Shown here one piece after another: positions 41,201-56,200 of a stretch of DNA of 64,000 nt. Source of the DNA: Haplodiscus bocki (taxonomy: Eukaryota); the NCBI GenBank assembly GCA_965655095.1, contig OZ296658.1, positions 9,610,001 to 9,674,000 on the forward strand. Direction: 5' to 3'. Each line of letters begins with the position of its first letter. Position 1 is the stretch's first letter. The position numbers and the translations under genes were made by a program. The notes beneath the pieces were generated by a model. It saw only the letters and a program-made list of their open reading frames with translations. It was not told where the DNA came from and searched no databases.

Positions 41201-44200
41201 AGAAAACAACGCGCAAATCAACAATATACCACCAATATTATTGAAGATACCAATACACTAATATGCCTTCATATTGAAGACGTTGACATTTAACACATCA
41301 CTCTGTCGGAGGTTTTTGTTCGTTTTTTTTTCAGTCTGCGTGTTTAAAAATTCAAACAATTCAGAACGCGAACTTAAACAACTCCCTGCCAGATGTCTCA
41401 AAAAGAGAACTTTTCATCGTTTCCAAAACACTGCTAGACTCTCTGTAGACTTTACAAAGGCGAGTTTCGAGAGGATTGAAAAAATATGCCTAAGCCGTTT
41501 TCCAATACGCGTTCTTCCTTTCAGTCGAAATATGTAAAAACATAGTGTTGGCGACTCGAACACGAAATGAATTTAGAGCCTCCCGGTAAAAAAATGTGAA
41601 CACTTGCAAACCCTTTGCATAGGCCCGAAATGAGACCTGGTAGATCCTCATCGAAAGAGGAATTCAAGAAGGTAGAACAAGAAAGATGAAAGCTCATAAT
41701 TATATTCATCGATAAAATTTGCAAGGTGACCCCATCGTTTAAACTTAAAGCCTACCCGTGAAAAATTGATGAACAACTGGACATCCATTTGCATGGCAAC
41801 TGCTATTCCACAGCATTTATTGAAGATCTGTACGATGACATTTCAGTCAATTAGTTCCCTGCAAAGAAACACTAATTTTTAGTTCTCATTAATTTCAACG
41901 ATGTAAAATGATGCCATCTGTGATGTTTAAGACTGGTCCCGTTTCTACTAAAATGCTGTTTAAGCAACCGTGCTAACATGCATAGGTTTTACACACCATA
42001 GTTGTAAATCTTGTGGTAGCGTTTTTCCCCATTTTGCCCTTACTGAATTTGTTTCAAACATTAATTTTTTTCAGTGCTACTTTCACAAAATGAAACCGGC
42101 CGTGTTTTCATTACGAAACTCATTGAGGAACGATTCCTATAAAACCGCAAACCCCACAACCAAGAGCACAGTCGTTTCGTGACGCTTTTTCGACATTTGC
42201 TCTAATTAATGTTTTCGAGAATTGAACAATGAAAAATTTCCGATTTTTTGATGATTTCTATCAGATTGTGAAATATTCCTCCCGTAACTTCATAGCTGGC
42301 ATAGCCATAACTCCCACACTTGCTCACACCTCACAATCTGTTGCCTAAATGGTTGGTGGCCGATTTCCCATAGACATCCTTAACCCAAGAAAATTACTTT
42401 TCATAATTCATCCTCCCCTTGGTTCAAAGTTTTTATATTTTTTCCGACAACGATAGAGTATTCAATGGACGCTGATGTACGTTCCATAGCGCCAGTACTC
42501 TAATTGAACGTGATTGGCCGGTGCTTCGTCAATGTTACCTTACTTTAGTATTAGTCGTATCATCAGGGTAAACAAATTAACTTGCTTCGAGACTGATAAT
42601 AAACTTTGGCAAGTCATTATTTACTGACCACGTTTCTCTATCTTATCTCCCTCCTCAAAATTTGCAGTACATATCTCTAGCCGCCACTTTAGCAGCTAAT
42701 TATTATTTGCGGATATCTAATGTAAGGTATTGAATTTTGGTCCGATCTTAACTGATGATAACTTGTAAGACTTCATAAATTTAACCAGACCCAAATTTGA
42801 TGCTCAAGCGAAAAGGCGGTCGTTAACTAGATATTCTCTTCTCTCAATCTTCTTCAATTTCGAGTCCAGGAAGCTGTTACCCAATTAAAAGCAATTGGTA
42901 TCACTGGAGCGTTTCATTCGAGAAGAGTTGGGAACACAGAAATTGAAGTTATTAACAGCTGGTAGTAGTTTCGATCTAAACCACGAAAAATATTGCATAC
43001 AGTCCCTTTTAACTTGGAGTGGTTGCCAAGCAGTACGATCCAGGGCCGGAGTAAAGTTTGAATCTGTCTGTAGGATTCGAGCAGCCGTTATATTTGCTCC
43101 GCCGACCAATTTTTGTTTTATTTTCAATTTGTGTTTTCATTTTGTCGAGTGAAACTAAGGAGACGATTGAAATCACGGGGATTGAAGAAATCATTGGCAA
43201 GCGCTGCATTCAGTTGAACCTTAATTGGTATCGTGAACCAAAGAGGACGAAAGATTTGAACAATTCGACTGATTCAACCAAGTGGAAGACGTACGTTGAA
43301 AAGTTGGGCATTTGTGTAACCACGATAAATGGCATAGTCACGAGTATCACCTTCTACTTGAACAAATATAATGAAGGTTTTTCTTGGGTCGATTTAGTTC
43401 TGCTTCTCCAGAGAAACCTGGCTGTTTTTGGTGACTTAACCGGTCTAGAGAGATGCTATGGCAAGGGTGAAATCAGATCCTCCCGGAAAATGGCAGCCGA
43501 CTTGGATAATAAGCAAGTGTCGCTGACGAATTTTCTCATCAGTTGGCAGAAAGTGAATAGTGATATCGAGACCATCCAAGACAGACGATTGCAGCTGAAA
43601 TGTCAAAAAACGCTTGACACTAACTTTAAGCTCACTGACACCCAGAAGGTCCTAGATAGTGAAAAAAAGGACTCCGAAATCAAAGAGAAGGCATTGTATA
43701 CTCTCACAAACAGCCAGAGACAATTAAAGATTTGACTGACCCATGCTTGAAAACGAGGGACCACACTGTAATGAAAATGCGAGAGATTTCGCTTCTGAAA
43801 ACCTTACTTGCTGCTCAGAAAAGGAAAGAACTCGGTTTTTTCTTAGACTGATGCTGACCTTCATTTGTGATATGCGTATTTGGATGGTATCGAAGGCAGG
43901 CACAAGGCGTCACAAGGCAAATCAGTCCATTTTGGCAGTGAGAAATTGGGAGAAGTCACGGATATAAAAGCTGGGCAGAGCAAATCCGCTTCGGAAACTA
44001 CGATGATGATGGCGGAGAATCAGTCTGGCTCAACTTCGGGCGAAACTGAAGCCAGCCAAGAACTGCAAACGCCTGCAGATTCCTCTTTGGGATTGGTTGC
44101 AGGTACGGCGAACGATTCATCGATACGTCTGGTAAGTTGCGCTTCAGCAGTGAAAGTGCCGGAACAACCAGCCGACATCTTGGATGAATTAAATTTGAAA

Positions 44201-47200
44201 TCGAAGAAGTCTGCGTCCAAAACCTCATCCGTATCCACCAGACGCAGACTAAAATTAGAAACTGTCTTATTAGAAGACCAAGCGCAAACAGATGTAATAT
44301 CATTGGAAGAGAAATTTGCGCTGCATCAGAAACGAGAGATGGAACTCGAAGCTCATAAGGAGGCACAAGAGTTGGCTGCAATCAAACGGGAGAACGAACT
44401 GGAAATAGAATTGAAAAAACGAGTTGGAAGCAGGAAATGGTTTTTCACGCAGCAGTCTATCAAAAGTTAGTTCTTCAGTTAGCGCGAAGGATAAAACTAA
44501 AAGTTGGGTAAATTCTCCAATCAACAAGTTTGGATCCACAGCCACCAGCCACTGCTGCCCCTTGAAAGCAAACGTCCAGCAGATTTGTAACTCTGGTAAC
44601 GATACTTCGTCAGCTGCAAGAACTGGTGTTGTGAGGCTGGACGTTTCTCAATTCAACGTGGCACCCGAAAGGACCACTGGTATGATTTACGATCGCAACA
44701 AATCGTTTATTCCTTCCAGTGCGACAACCCGCTGCCTTACCAGCACCTGAAGGCAAATTTTTTGGTGATATGTTTGAATGGCCGGAATGGTCAGGACAGT
44801 TTCTAGGAACAATAGATTAACCTTTTGCTCATGATGGCATGAAAATAATCTATTCGAAAACCCTTGTGACTGGAAGAGCTAAAGCTGCCAATGAAGGCAA
44901 GGGCTACAACGCAAGCAATCACAGAATTGCTTGGGACATGTTAGCCAGAGTTTGGTCGGCCAGAATTGGTGGTCAATGCACAACTCAAGTTGTATTGCCA
45001 TCTCTTCCAAAAACCGCATGACACAGCACAGGTGATAAAATAGTCTCTGTCTCATCATGTGTAAAGGTTTTGAGCCAATATGGTAATGGAAGCGACTACA
45101 TGTCAGAATCAGTTTTGAACAATGCGATCAGGAAGTTGCCAATGAAATTGAAAGCTAAGTGGCTGACTCAACTGCAGAGATTTAACCCGAGCTTGAAAAC
45201 CATGCGGGTTTTCAATGCTTGACTGAAGGATATTGCTGAAGTTCCACAAAAGTTGAAAAAGCAGTTCGGATCCGTAACAGAGGCAAATTTGTTCCAAAGA
45301 CAGAAAATTACGAGTTTCGCGTCAGAAGCTCAAAAGAGGTGAAATGAAAAAGCGAGTGAATACCCCATGAAAGATGGTGATCACAAAATATGGAAGTGCA
45401 ATCAATTCAACAAAATGGGAGCAAAGGAGAGAAATGAGACAGTGAAAAGGCTCAACATCTGTTTCTGCTGTCCAAATGTAGGGCAATGCGCTAACCAATG
45501 CAAACAGAAAAGAAGCTGTGGAAAGGATGGCTGTACTCGAAAGAACAACAGACGGGTTCATAGTGATGGAAATGATCAAGCAAACAGTCAATTGACTGAT
45601 AAAGGGGCTAACCCCGATTTGACAGCGAATGCATGCTGTGGTATCCTGTAAGTGGTGTGAGTCACGTTGTTTATTGGTGTTAACTCGGCTGATACGCTAG
45701 CGGTTGGTTCGTTCAAACTCAAAGCCTACCCGTGAGAACTGGACGCTACGACAGAAAAAGAGTGAATGGAGTCTCATATCCCTTTCAGAACATTGGAATA
45801 GATTACTTTGGCCCGTTCGAAGTTAAAATTCTACAAAAAACCATGAATAACTGATGCTGTCTATTTACCTGCTGGAATGTATTGAACTTTGATCCGATCT
45901 TAACTGATAACAACTTGTAAAATTTTATAAAATTAACCAGAACCAAATTTGATGCACTAGCGAGAAGGTTGTCGTTAACTATTTTCTTCTCCATAACTTC
46001 CTCAAATTCGGGCCCAGGAAGCCGATATTCAATTGAGAGGAATTGGTATCACTAGAGTGCTTCGTTCGAGAAGAGTTGAAAACACAGAAATTGAAGTTAT
46101 TAACACCTGGGAGTAGTAGTTTGGAGTCTTCACATGTCAAACATCCATTTTATGTTCACTCTTTCAGGGACAATGTTTAAAAAAAAAGCTCATAGCCATT
46201 CCAAAAAGCGCCGGCTAAAATACAGTTCCTTTCTGTTGACCCCCCCCCCCCCCCCCATATACATACACACGATGAAGTATATGCGGAAAAATAGGCGACG
46301 TAATGGTTTCACTCACGCACAAGTAAATTATAGCCAATCAGAGAAGACTTCGCTTCCGCGAGGGAAGGGGAGATAAAAATGCTCTTACTACTGCTGGGAG
46401 GAAGCAACAGAAATTATCCCAAAAACACATAAGATTTTAAAAATCTAAAAATTTTGCTTGTTTCCGTGTGAAATTGTTGTGTTTTGAGAAGTTGGCTTCC
46501 AAACTTGCTTAATTTCTGCTCAAAAGTTCACTTAAATAAAACCAATACTGTAACCGACTGCTCATTAAAAAGATTGTTCAAGGAGCCGACCCGAGATTTT
46601 GTTTCTAAATTATTATTGGATGAGCTAGCGAGATAGGGTTACCTAACATTTCCCGAGAGATGAGCGGAAGCCACATAAGCGCAATGCAATTCGGTTAAAA
46701 TATCGGTTAATTGAGCGACACCCCCAGAATACGATGTTTCAAACATTGAAACTGGCCCAACTAAGGTTAAATAATTTGTGAACACGACTAACCAAAACCA
46801 CCAATCGATGTTATCTCGATGAATGAATTTCGTGAACTCAGGCTGTATCTGACAATTCTTTACCACATAGTCGGCGAATTCTTCCTAAAACAGGAAAAAT
46901 TAGGATCAAGAAAATCGCGAATTAAATCAACCGACCCCAAACACTACAATGGGTATGCGAACTCACGCGAGAGTGAATTTTAGCTAATCAGAGACGAGTT
47001 TGCTTCCTCGTGGAGGGGGGAGTTAAAATTCTCGTAGCAACTGATTGGGGGGAGTTTACAGAAAAGATCCCATTGCCCAATTGATGTCATCATGACATCT
47101 TCGTTGTCCAATGTAAGCTATTATCACGTATTGACCGGTTTCAAGGTCGTTCGGCTGCCAATAAAGGGTGCCGTTCAATTAGCCGAGTACTGCTACCCGA

Positions 47201-50200
47201 CTGTGCTATCAAACGAATTCGTATTGTGTTTGACTTCTCCTTCCTCGGAATTGTTACATAGTCATAACACGCTAGCTCTTCCGTGACATATCAACTGGCA
47301 GACGGTTCAGTTAACCGATTGGGTGAGACGTAGGGCAACCCAAAGGGCCAAATGGGCCATTGGGGCCAAATGGGCCAAATTTTAGAAAGGGGGCCAAGTG
47401 GAAAATGTAGAGGGTCAATTCACAGCAGCATCAGTTAAACACTGGTATTTCTCAGAAAAACGAATGCATTGCGAATGCATTGCAGCCGTAGCTGACCCTG
47501 CCATTGCACTGCTCTGTGTAAACACTTCACTGTGCACAAATTGACACAGTCTGAGCAAAGCGTACTGTACACAAACTGTAACAGCCACTTATTTTCAGAC
47601 TTGTGCACTGCTAATTGTAAACCATGGGCCGCCAGGGATTGTGCACATCTGATAAAATTGATACGTTCACCTCAAAGTATCCGCGGGAATTCGAAAAAAG
47701 GAAACTACTAGGCGAGTTTGTTCTGTACTGCAAACTATGCAAAACCAAAGTTAGTTGCGACAAGAAAATCAGAGTTGAGATTCATCGCTCAGGACACGTT
47801 CACCAGAGGGAGATAGGTCAACTGCAGTTGACCCCAGTTGTGAATTTTTTTATTCCAAACACAACAACGAAATTCGACGATCCCATTCGAACATATCTAG
47901 TGAATCGACTCGAAAATATGCAAGACCTGATGGATATTATATCATGCACTACCGGACTTTCGCCTGAGAAGACTGCAAAACTACGAGGCGCAGTTGGCTC
48001 GTCGGCGTCAATTGAACGATCCTTCAGCAAACTCGGAAAATTGCTTGCCGAAGACCGCAACTTCGATGCTAAGAATGTAGAAGCTTATATTTGTGTATAC
48101 TGTAATAACCTTTAAAACAACTGTTAATCGACTATTTATGCATTGTTACAAAGTTTTTTAAGGGCAAATTTAGGTAAATTCGGTTCATAAAGGGCCAAAT
48201 ATGGGGCCAAATTGGGGCAAAATAAAGGGCCAAGAGTGGGCCAAATATGCAAAAAAAAGGGCCAACGTGGGTTGCCCTAGTGAGACGTATCGACTAGCCG
48301 ACAGCTCTGCAAACCGATTGTTCACTGAGCCGAATTTAGAATGTTTAAACAAAATTCGGTTAGGTAATATTTCCGAGCGATGAACGGAAGTCAAATACGC
48401 GCAACGCGAATTCGGTCAATATCACAGTCGGTTAATTGAGCGGTCGGCTAGTTGAACGGCTTTGAACCGATTGATCAAGGAGCCGATTTTAAGTTGAAAT
48501 ATTATTGGCTGAGGTAGTGTGATTCGGTTACGTAACGTTACCGAAAGATGAGCCGAGGCCAAATACGCGCAATACGAATTCGTTCAGTAGCACAGTCGGT
48601 TAATAATAACTGAGTAGAGCGATGAAATCGGCTAGTTGAACAATCGGTTAAAAGAGTTGTCGGCCTCTTGATACGCAATCACCAATACAACTTATTTATT
48701 GCCGACGGTGGCTATTCGCAAGCGCGAAAATAAATTTGGTTTGCACAAGTCCGAAAATAATTTAGCTAAATTAAAGTAGTCATTAGTTTTCACACTGGTG
48801 CCTTGGGCACTGTCACATCGTCCGCTCCGCTCTCCGAGGGCAGCATGCGTGCTCTCACTACGCTCAGGAATTATTACTTGGTGTCTTTGTAACTTCGTTA
48901 GTTAAAATACTTGTTTCACAATGTTATAATAAAAGGTTCGAAGATGCGCGCTCATGTAAATTGCTTAAATTTGATTGGTTGACTTTAATTTAAAGCAAAA
49001 TTTATTTTTTTCTTTCTGACTTGTGAACAGACACCATCACTGACTGCTACAGCTTCTCAGTAGCCACTGAGTTTGTCAATTGGGTTGAAGCAAGGTTTAT
49101 TGGAAACGTTTATTTATGATGGTTCTCGGCTTTCCTCAGTGAAGGTATTTTTCACCATGTTCGAAATTGTTCTTTACAATTAGACTAGTGATTTTTTGCC
49201 AGAGGTACCTACTAATTAAAGCTACAGTAAAATTTAACAGAGTGGAGACTTAAATTGGATTAAATTCAAGCAAAAATCAAGTCCATTGAACGCGAAAGAA
49301 GCCACACACACCTTTTTTGAGGAAAAAAAACTGAATGGAAAGTCCGAAACACATTTTGTGAGCGAAAACGTGACAGAAGATAAACAGGCCTTCAGTGACC
49401 AGCAAAAATCCAGAAAAAGTCCAGGTGCGATGATAGACCTTTTTGCTCGAAGTATAATTAAACGAGAAATTGAAAAAGAAATCCCGCGACCAATTTGTAC
49501 AGCTTGAAGAAGGAAAAAATTTAATATCATTGCTACTACTTCAAGAATAATGGCTCGGTCGAAAAGAAAATCAGAGTTGAGATTCATCGCTCAGGACACG
49601 TTCACCAGAGGGAGATAGGTCAACTGCAGTTGACCCCAGTTGTGAATTTTTTTATTCCAAACACAACAACGAAATTCGACGATCCCATTCGAACATATCT
49701 AGTGAATCGACTCGAAAATATGCAAGACCTGATGGATATTATATCATGCACTACCGGACTTTCGCCTGAGAAGACTGCAAAACTACGAGGCGCAGTTGGC
49801 TCGTCGGCGTCAATTGAACGATCCTTCAGCAAACTCGGAAAATTGCTTGCCGAAGACCGCAACTTCGATGCTAAGAATGTAGAAGCTTATATTTGTGTAT
49901 ACTGTAATAACCTTTAAAACAACTGTTAATCGACTATTTATGCATTGTTACAAAGTTTTTTAAGGGCAAATTTAGGTAAATTCGGTTCATAAAGGGCCAA
50001 ATATGGGGCCAAATTGGGGCAAAATAAAGGGCCAAGAGTGGGCCAAATATGCAAAAAAAAGGGCCAACGTGGGTTGCCCTAGTGAGACGTATCGACTAGC
50101 CGACAGCTCTGCAAACCGATTGTTCACTGAGCCGAATTTAGAATGTTTAAACAAAATTCGGTTAGGTAATATTTCCGAGCGATGAACGGAAGTCAAATAC

Positions 50201-53200
50201 GCGCAACGCGAATTCGGTCAATATCACAGTCGGTTAATTGAGCGGTCGGCTAGTTGAACGGCTTTGAACCGATTGATCAAGGAGCCGATTTTAAGTTGAA
50301 ATATTATTGGCTGAGGTAGTGTGATTCGGTTACGTAACGTTACCGAAAGATGAGCCGAGGCCAAATACGCGCAATACGAATTCGTTCAGTAGCACAGTCG
50401 GTTAATAATAACTGAGTAGAGCGATGAAATCGGCTAGTTGAACAATCGGTTAAAAGAGTTGTCGGCCTCTTGATACGCAATCACCAATACAACTTATTTA
50501 TTGCCGACGGTGGCTATTCGCAAGCGCGAAAATAAATTTGGTTTGCACAAGTCCGAAAATAATTTAGCTAAATTAAAGTAGTCATTAGTTTTCACACTGG
50601 TGCCTTGGGCACTGTCACATCGTCCACTCCGCTCTCCGAGGGCAGCATGCGTGCTCTCACTACGCTCAGGAATTATTACTTGGTGTCTTTGTAACTTCGT
50701 TAGTTAAAATACTTGTTTCACAATGTTATAATAAAAGGTTCGAAGATGCGCGCTCATGTAAATTGCTTAAATTTGATTGGTTGACTTTAATTTAAAGCAA
50801 AATTTATTTTTTTCTTTCTGACTTGTGAACAGACACCATCACTGACTGCTACAGCTTCTCAGTAGCCACTGAGTTTGTCAATTGGGTTGAAGCAAGGTTT
50901 ATTGGAAACGTTTATTTATGATGGTTCTCGGCTTTCCTCAGTGAAGGTATTTTTCACCATGTTCGAAATTGTTCTTTACAATTAGACTAGTGATTTTTTG
51001 CCAGAGGTACCTACTAATTAAAGCTACAGTAAAATTTAACAGAGTGGAGACTTAAATTGGATTAAATTCAAGCAAAAATCAAGTCCATTGAACGCGAAAG
51101 AAGCCACACACACCTTTTTTGAGGAAAAAAAACTGAATGGAAAGTCCGAAACACATTTTGTGAGCGAAAACGTGACAGAAGATAAACAGGCCTTCAGTGA
51201 CCAGCAAAAATCCAGAAAAAGTCCAGGTGCGATGATAGACCTTTTTGCTCGAAGTATAATTAAACGAGAAATTGAAAAAGAAATCCCGCGACCAATTTGT
51301 ACAGCTTGAAGAAGGAAAAAATTTAATATCATTGCTACTACTTCAAGAATAATGGCTCGGTCGAAAAAAATTGAAACCTCACATTTTTGTAAAACAAAAA
51401 GGACCAAGTTCTTCGAGTTCAAGAACATTTGAAGAAGATTCTAAAGTAGAAACGTCCAGCAAAATTTGAAAGGTTACTTAGTCGTGGTAAAAATTAAGCA
51501 CCTTTGATATATTTCATCTTTTCGATTTTCAAAGCAATATATGTTACATTTTTTTAACGAATACTATGTCAAACTTCACTTGCAACTTTTGATGCTTTCC
51601 ATAAATAAACGATTAAGGTCTAGAAAATAAGAAATTAAGCTCTGGCTAGGTTATGCTAATTTGGCAGCAGACGCCAGCTTTCTGGCGCAGGTAAGCAATT
51701 CCACATAAAAAGGAGAGCTCTAAGAGTAAAATAGGTGGCGGCATAGTTCAAAGGACCGAATTTTTCCCGCGAAGCAAATAATCTCCATGACAACAACTGA
51801 AAACAAAATTGTTCCCCCTTATCAGCAGCTTCGTGAATCATGCATAAAAGCAATTCCAGACGGTCGACAGGAAGCAAAAGGACGAAATTTTCACATCCAA
51901 AACCTCGCCTTTTTCATCAGAGCCTCAGAGAATGACAAAGGCATTTTCGTCACTTTCTCCTGACTAGTTCACTGTCTATCATTCAAATGGCTATAAGAGT
52001 AATCAAGTAGAAAACTAGTACCAGTCTTTTATCTCTAGTGGCAAAACTTCCTCTGCCTACGACGACAAAGAAATCTTATCAAATATTTCAAGGCTAGCCA
52101 ACAAACTTTTCAACTAAGGTTTGTCATTGTTGGGCTAACGAGCAGATTAATTTTTTGAAACTGGCAAACCCATTTCAGTTACAACTGTTACTACTGTCAA
52201 AAATAAGGCATAAACTAGAACACCGGCAACGGATAAATCAACAGACACAGAATGAACCTTGTATGAAAAAAATGTTTGAGAGGAAAACCATTTTGAAATT
52301 TGACGGATATTGACAATATATGCTTTTGAAGCAATTTTTCGACCATCATTTTTTTTAGATGAAGCGAAATCTCGATAATATACCCCCAGTTAAAAGAATA
52401 GACATATGGTGGTAACCTGTCGATTCAGCCGCAAATGAAAAGAAAGTCACAAAAACTATTTTAAAAATTGACCGAAATCGATATCATATGCTTTAAGCAA
52501 TCTTTCGACCACCATTTTCAAAATTTGGAACAAAAGTTTGAAAAGGTGCTCCACTTAAACGGATTGACACAGAGTAAGCTGTCTATTAGGACGCGCAGGA
52601 AAGAAATTGAATAGGTAGTTTGGGATAACAAGTATCTGCAAATTGAACAAAATCGAGATATGCATTTGCAGAGATGCTGTTTGCACCATCATTTCGAAAT
52701 ACCGAAATACCAAAAACAAAATACCGAAAAAGCCCCCAAATTGAATCAATCTACATACAGTAAACGGTCGATTAGGCCGTAAATGAAAAGAATTGTGTGG
52801 GTAGTTCAAGAGGTAAACTTTGAAGAAGGGACTGGAATCGATATCAAAATCTTTTTAAGCAAAATTTTGACCATCATTCTTAAACAATGGAGAACATCGG
52901 AAAAATTGGCATATCGTAAGCTTTCGTTTGAGCCGTAAATGAAGGGAATTGAGTGGGTATTTTTGAAGGTAAAATAATTTTCCAAATGGACCAAAGTAGC
53001 ATTTTAGGCGTTTTGAGTCACATTTGGAACATCATAACTGGACAATAAAAACAAAACTCTAAAATCAGCCCGACCTAAACGCTTCGATTTTACTGTTAGC
53101 TTTAAGATAAGTCTAGGTTGAAGACGATAATGTGAAAACTTTTTCACAAAAAAATTCTCTGAAACGAAGATATGTAGCTCTAAACCATATGATATCAAAG

Positions 53201-56200
53201 CTTCCTGGGAAAATTTTCTTCCTCAGTCGTAAGAACTCATCTCGTAGCTCAGCGCTTAAATGAAACATGTCCGGTTGGAAACTGAAATGGTTAAAAATTG
53301 ATGCATTATCCGAAATAGTTTACCAAGTGCTTAAACCAGTTGTTGAAATATGTAACACCGATAACACTTTTCACAGTTGGCGAACTTTCTTAAGTAAGCA
53401 TAAAATTGGTGTTGTCTTAGTCGACCTTGCATGCAAGTTTTACATGTTGCATGGAAAACTTTGTAAAAGTTCCCTGCAGCAGTCAAATTCTCATGCATAT
53501 AAAATTTTACAAGCATCATGTGTGTGAAGACTATTCTCTAGCCAATCGTGACTTCAACTGATAATCATTGCATAATTACGCAATTAATTAACTACATAGC
53601 CCGAGGCATGGTCAGATGTATGTTATGCAACACGTCACATCCTCCCGAGGCATGGTCAGATGTATTTTATGCAACACGTCACATCCTCCCATCTTTAAAA
53701 TAGCATCAATGGTAAAATAATTAGCATCATTAAAATATAGCAACATTGGCAATAGTCCCATTAACAAAGAGCAAGACTGAGTTTGTTTGGAGCTTTCACT
53801 ATATGTCCGGATCTGGTGCGCTTAGGCGCCTTCTCCTCCGCTGTAGACAGACGAGGTTCTGGCCGCACCGTTCGACTGAGTTGCGGGACCAGAGCGTCAC
53901 TCCCGGAGACTCGCGCCGGCGAAACAGGGGGTTTCTTGGTCTTGCTTGTAGCCGTTGGGTACTAAGCTGATGTAGCCGTGACCGTCGGACACCCCTCGGC
54001 AACCTCAGGATGACACTCTTTGTCAGATGGTGCTGGAGCAAGGTGGCGCGTATTTAAATATTATGTGCTCTTTGGTGTGCGGATTTCAGCGAGCTGCGGC
54101 GAAAGTAAATCCGTCACCAAACCCTTATCTTTCACGAGTGGATGTTTTCTTGACCAGAACAAAGTTGCGAATAAACACTTTTGAGCCTCGTTGAATTTTA
54201 CCTTTGTTCATCGTAAAATCTGCATCGTTTGGAAGAAGTTTGAGGTCTGAATCGGCAAAATAACGACGACGAAAACGAAAAAACAAATCGTGAGGCGATG
54301 ATCCAGTTGACTCACAGACACGAAAACGAAGGATGAACAATGCTTCTCCCAGACACTGCTCCCAATCTATCGAGTCTAAACCGTTTTCCTTGAGAATGCG
54401 TGCGATCAATCGCTGTAGTTCGCCGTTGTATCGTTCGTTCTGACCGTTACCTGCAGGATTGTACTTTGAAGAATGAGAAATTTCGACTCCACATACGTCC
54501 AGAAACTGTTGGATATCTGTGTTCATGAAAGCCTTTCCGCGATCTGAGTGAACTTTGTTAGGCAATCCAAACCGTGCAAATACCTGATTGGAAAGCACGT
54601 CGATCACCGTCTCCGAATCCGGATGCTCAACAACAAATGCCTCCCAAATACATGCTGTATTCGTCCAGAACTGTTAGGATCCATTTCATCTCTCCAGACC
54701 GTGTTGCTTTCGGGTCGATGAAATCCAATGACAATCGCTCCAATGGTTGAGTGCGAGTCACCAATGTTCCGTCTTCTGGCTTCTCAAAACGAGGTCTTGT
54801 TTCAGCGCAGACACCGCACGACTCGATGTGATGTTCTACGTCTTATCGCAAGTTGACCCAGTAGAAGCCTTCGCGGATGAGCTGCAGAGTTGCCTGAATA
54901 CCAAGATGACCAAACTTGTTGTGCGTTCTCTCCAGAACTGCTAGACGAAGAGACCTTGGGCACAACACTCGTACGTTATCAGACTCGACTAGGCACAATA
55001 CTCCTTGAAGTACTTGCATTCGTTTTCGGTTAGACCACAAACCAAGCGAAATTTCGGCTGGTCTGAGCTGATTTTCGAGAGAACTGCGTAGCGTTGATAA
55101 TTCGTTATCCTCTTCTTGAGCTTGACGGAACAACTCAATTGTGAACAAAGACTCAACTGATTGCAGAGCAAATGCGCGGGAGAAAGCATCCGCTCCCAGA
55201 TTTTCCTTCCCCGGTTTATACGCAATTCTGAAGTTATACTCAGACAACTCCGTTCGCCATCTGATCAGCTTGTTGTTCTCGCACGTTGACTTCACTGAAC
55301 TTGAGAAAAGAAATGAAAGCGCGCGTTGGTCAGTGTATAAGACAAATGGACGTCCAAGCAAGAACTGTCTGAACTTGCTAGCACAGTAAACAATAGCTAG
55401 AGCTTCAAGCTCAACTGCAGACCACGACTGCTTGGCGGTTGATAAACGCTTACTGGCTACTGCAACAGGAAGACCGTGCTGAGTCAGAACCCCCGCTATC
55501 GCTATTCCGCTTGCGTCCGTCTCCAACACGAACTCTTGATTGAAATCTGGAACAGTGAGAAACGAGTCCAAGATGGCTGCTTTCACTGCGCGAAACGTAT
55601 CAGCAAGTCTGCTGCTCCACTGAAACTGGCCACTGTTCTTCAAGTCTTGGAGTGGAGATGCCAACTCAGCGAACCTGGATAAAACTTGGAGCAATAATTT
55701 GCCATACCTAAGAAACGTTCGAGTTCCTTCATGTTCGTGGGTTCTTTGTACTCCTTGAGTGACTTTGTACGGTCAGGATCCGGCTTAAACGTACCCTCGC
55801 TGATCACGTATCCAAGCCAATTCAGCTCGCTTTGACCGAACGAACATTTCTTACTATTAAGAGATACATTGACCTCACGGCATCGCTGCAAGAAAGCATG
55901 AAGGTTTGCGTTGTACTCTTCAATCGTGTTGCCACAAATCACGATGTCGTCAAGATAGATGAAGACACCAGGAATGTCATCGAAGCACATTACCATTATC
56001 CGTTGGAAATTCGGCACTGCGTTGAGAACTCCAAAGCAAAGGCGAGTGTACCGAAGTAACTTACCCAATGCTTCGGACGCCGTATTTTCCATGTCTTCCT
56101 TCACTAATGGCAATTGATGGTAGGCCTGGGTAATGTCGACAACCGAAAAGTATTTGTACTTTCCCACCTTCTGTATTAAATCTGAAATCAGTGGCAACGA

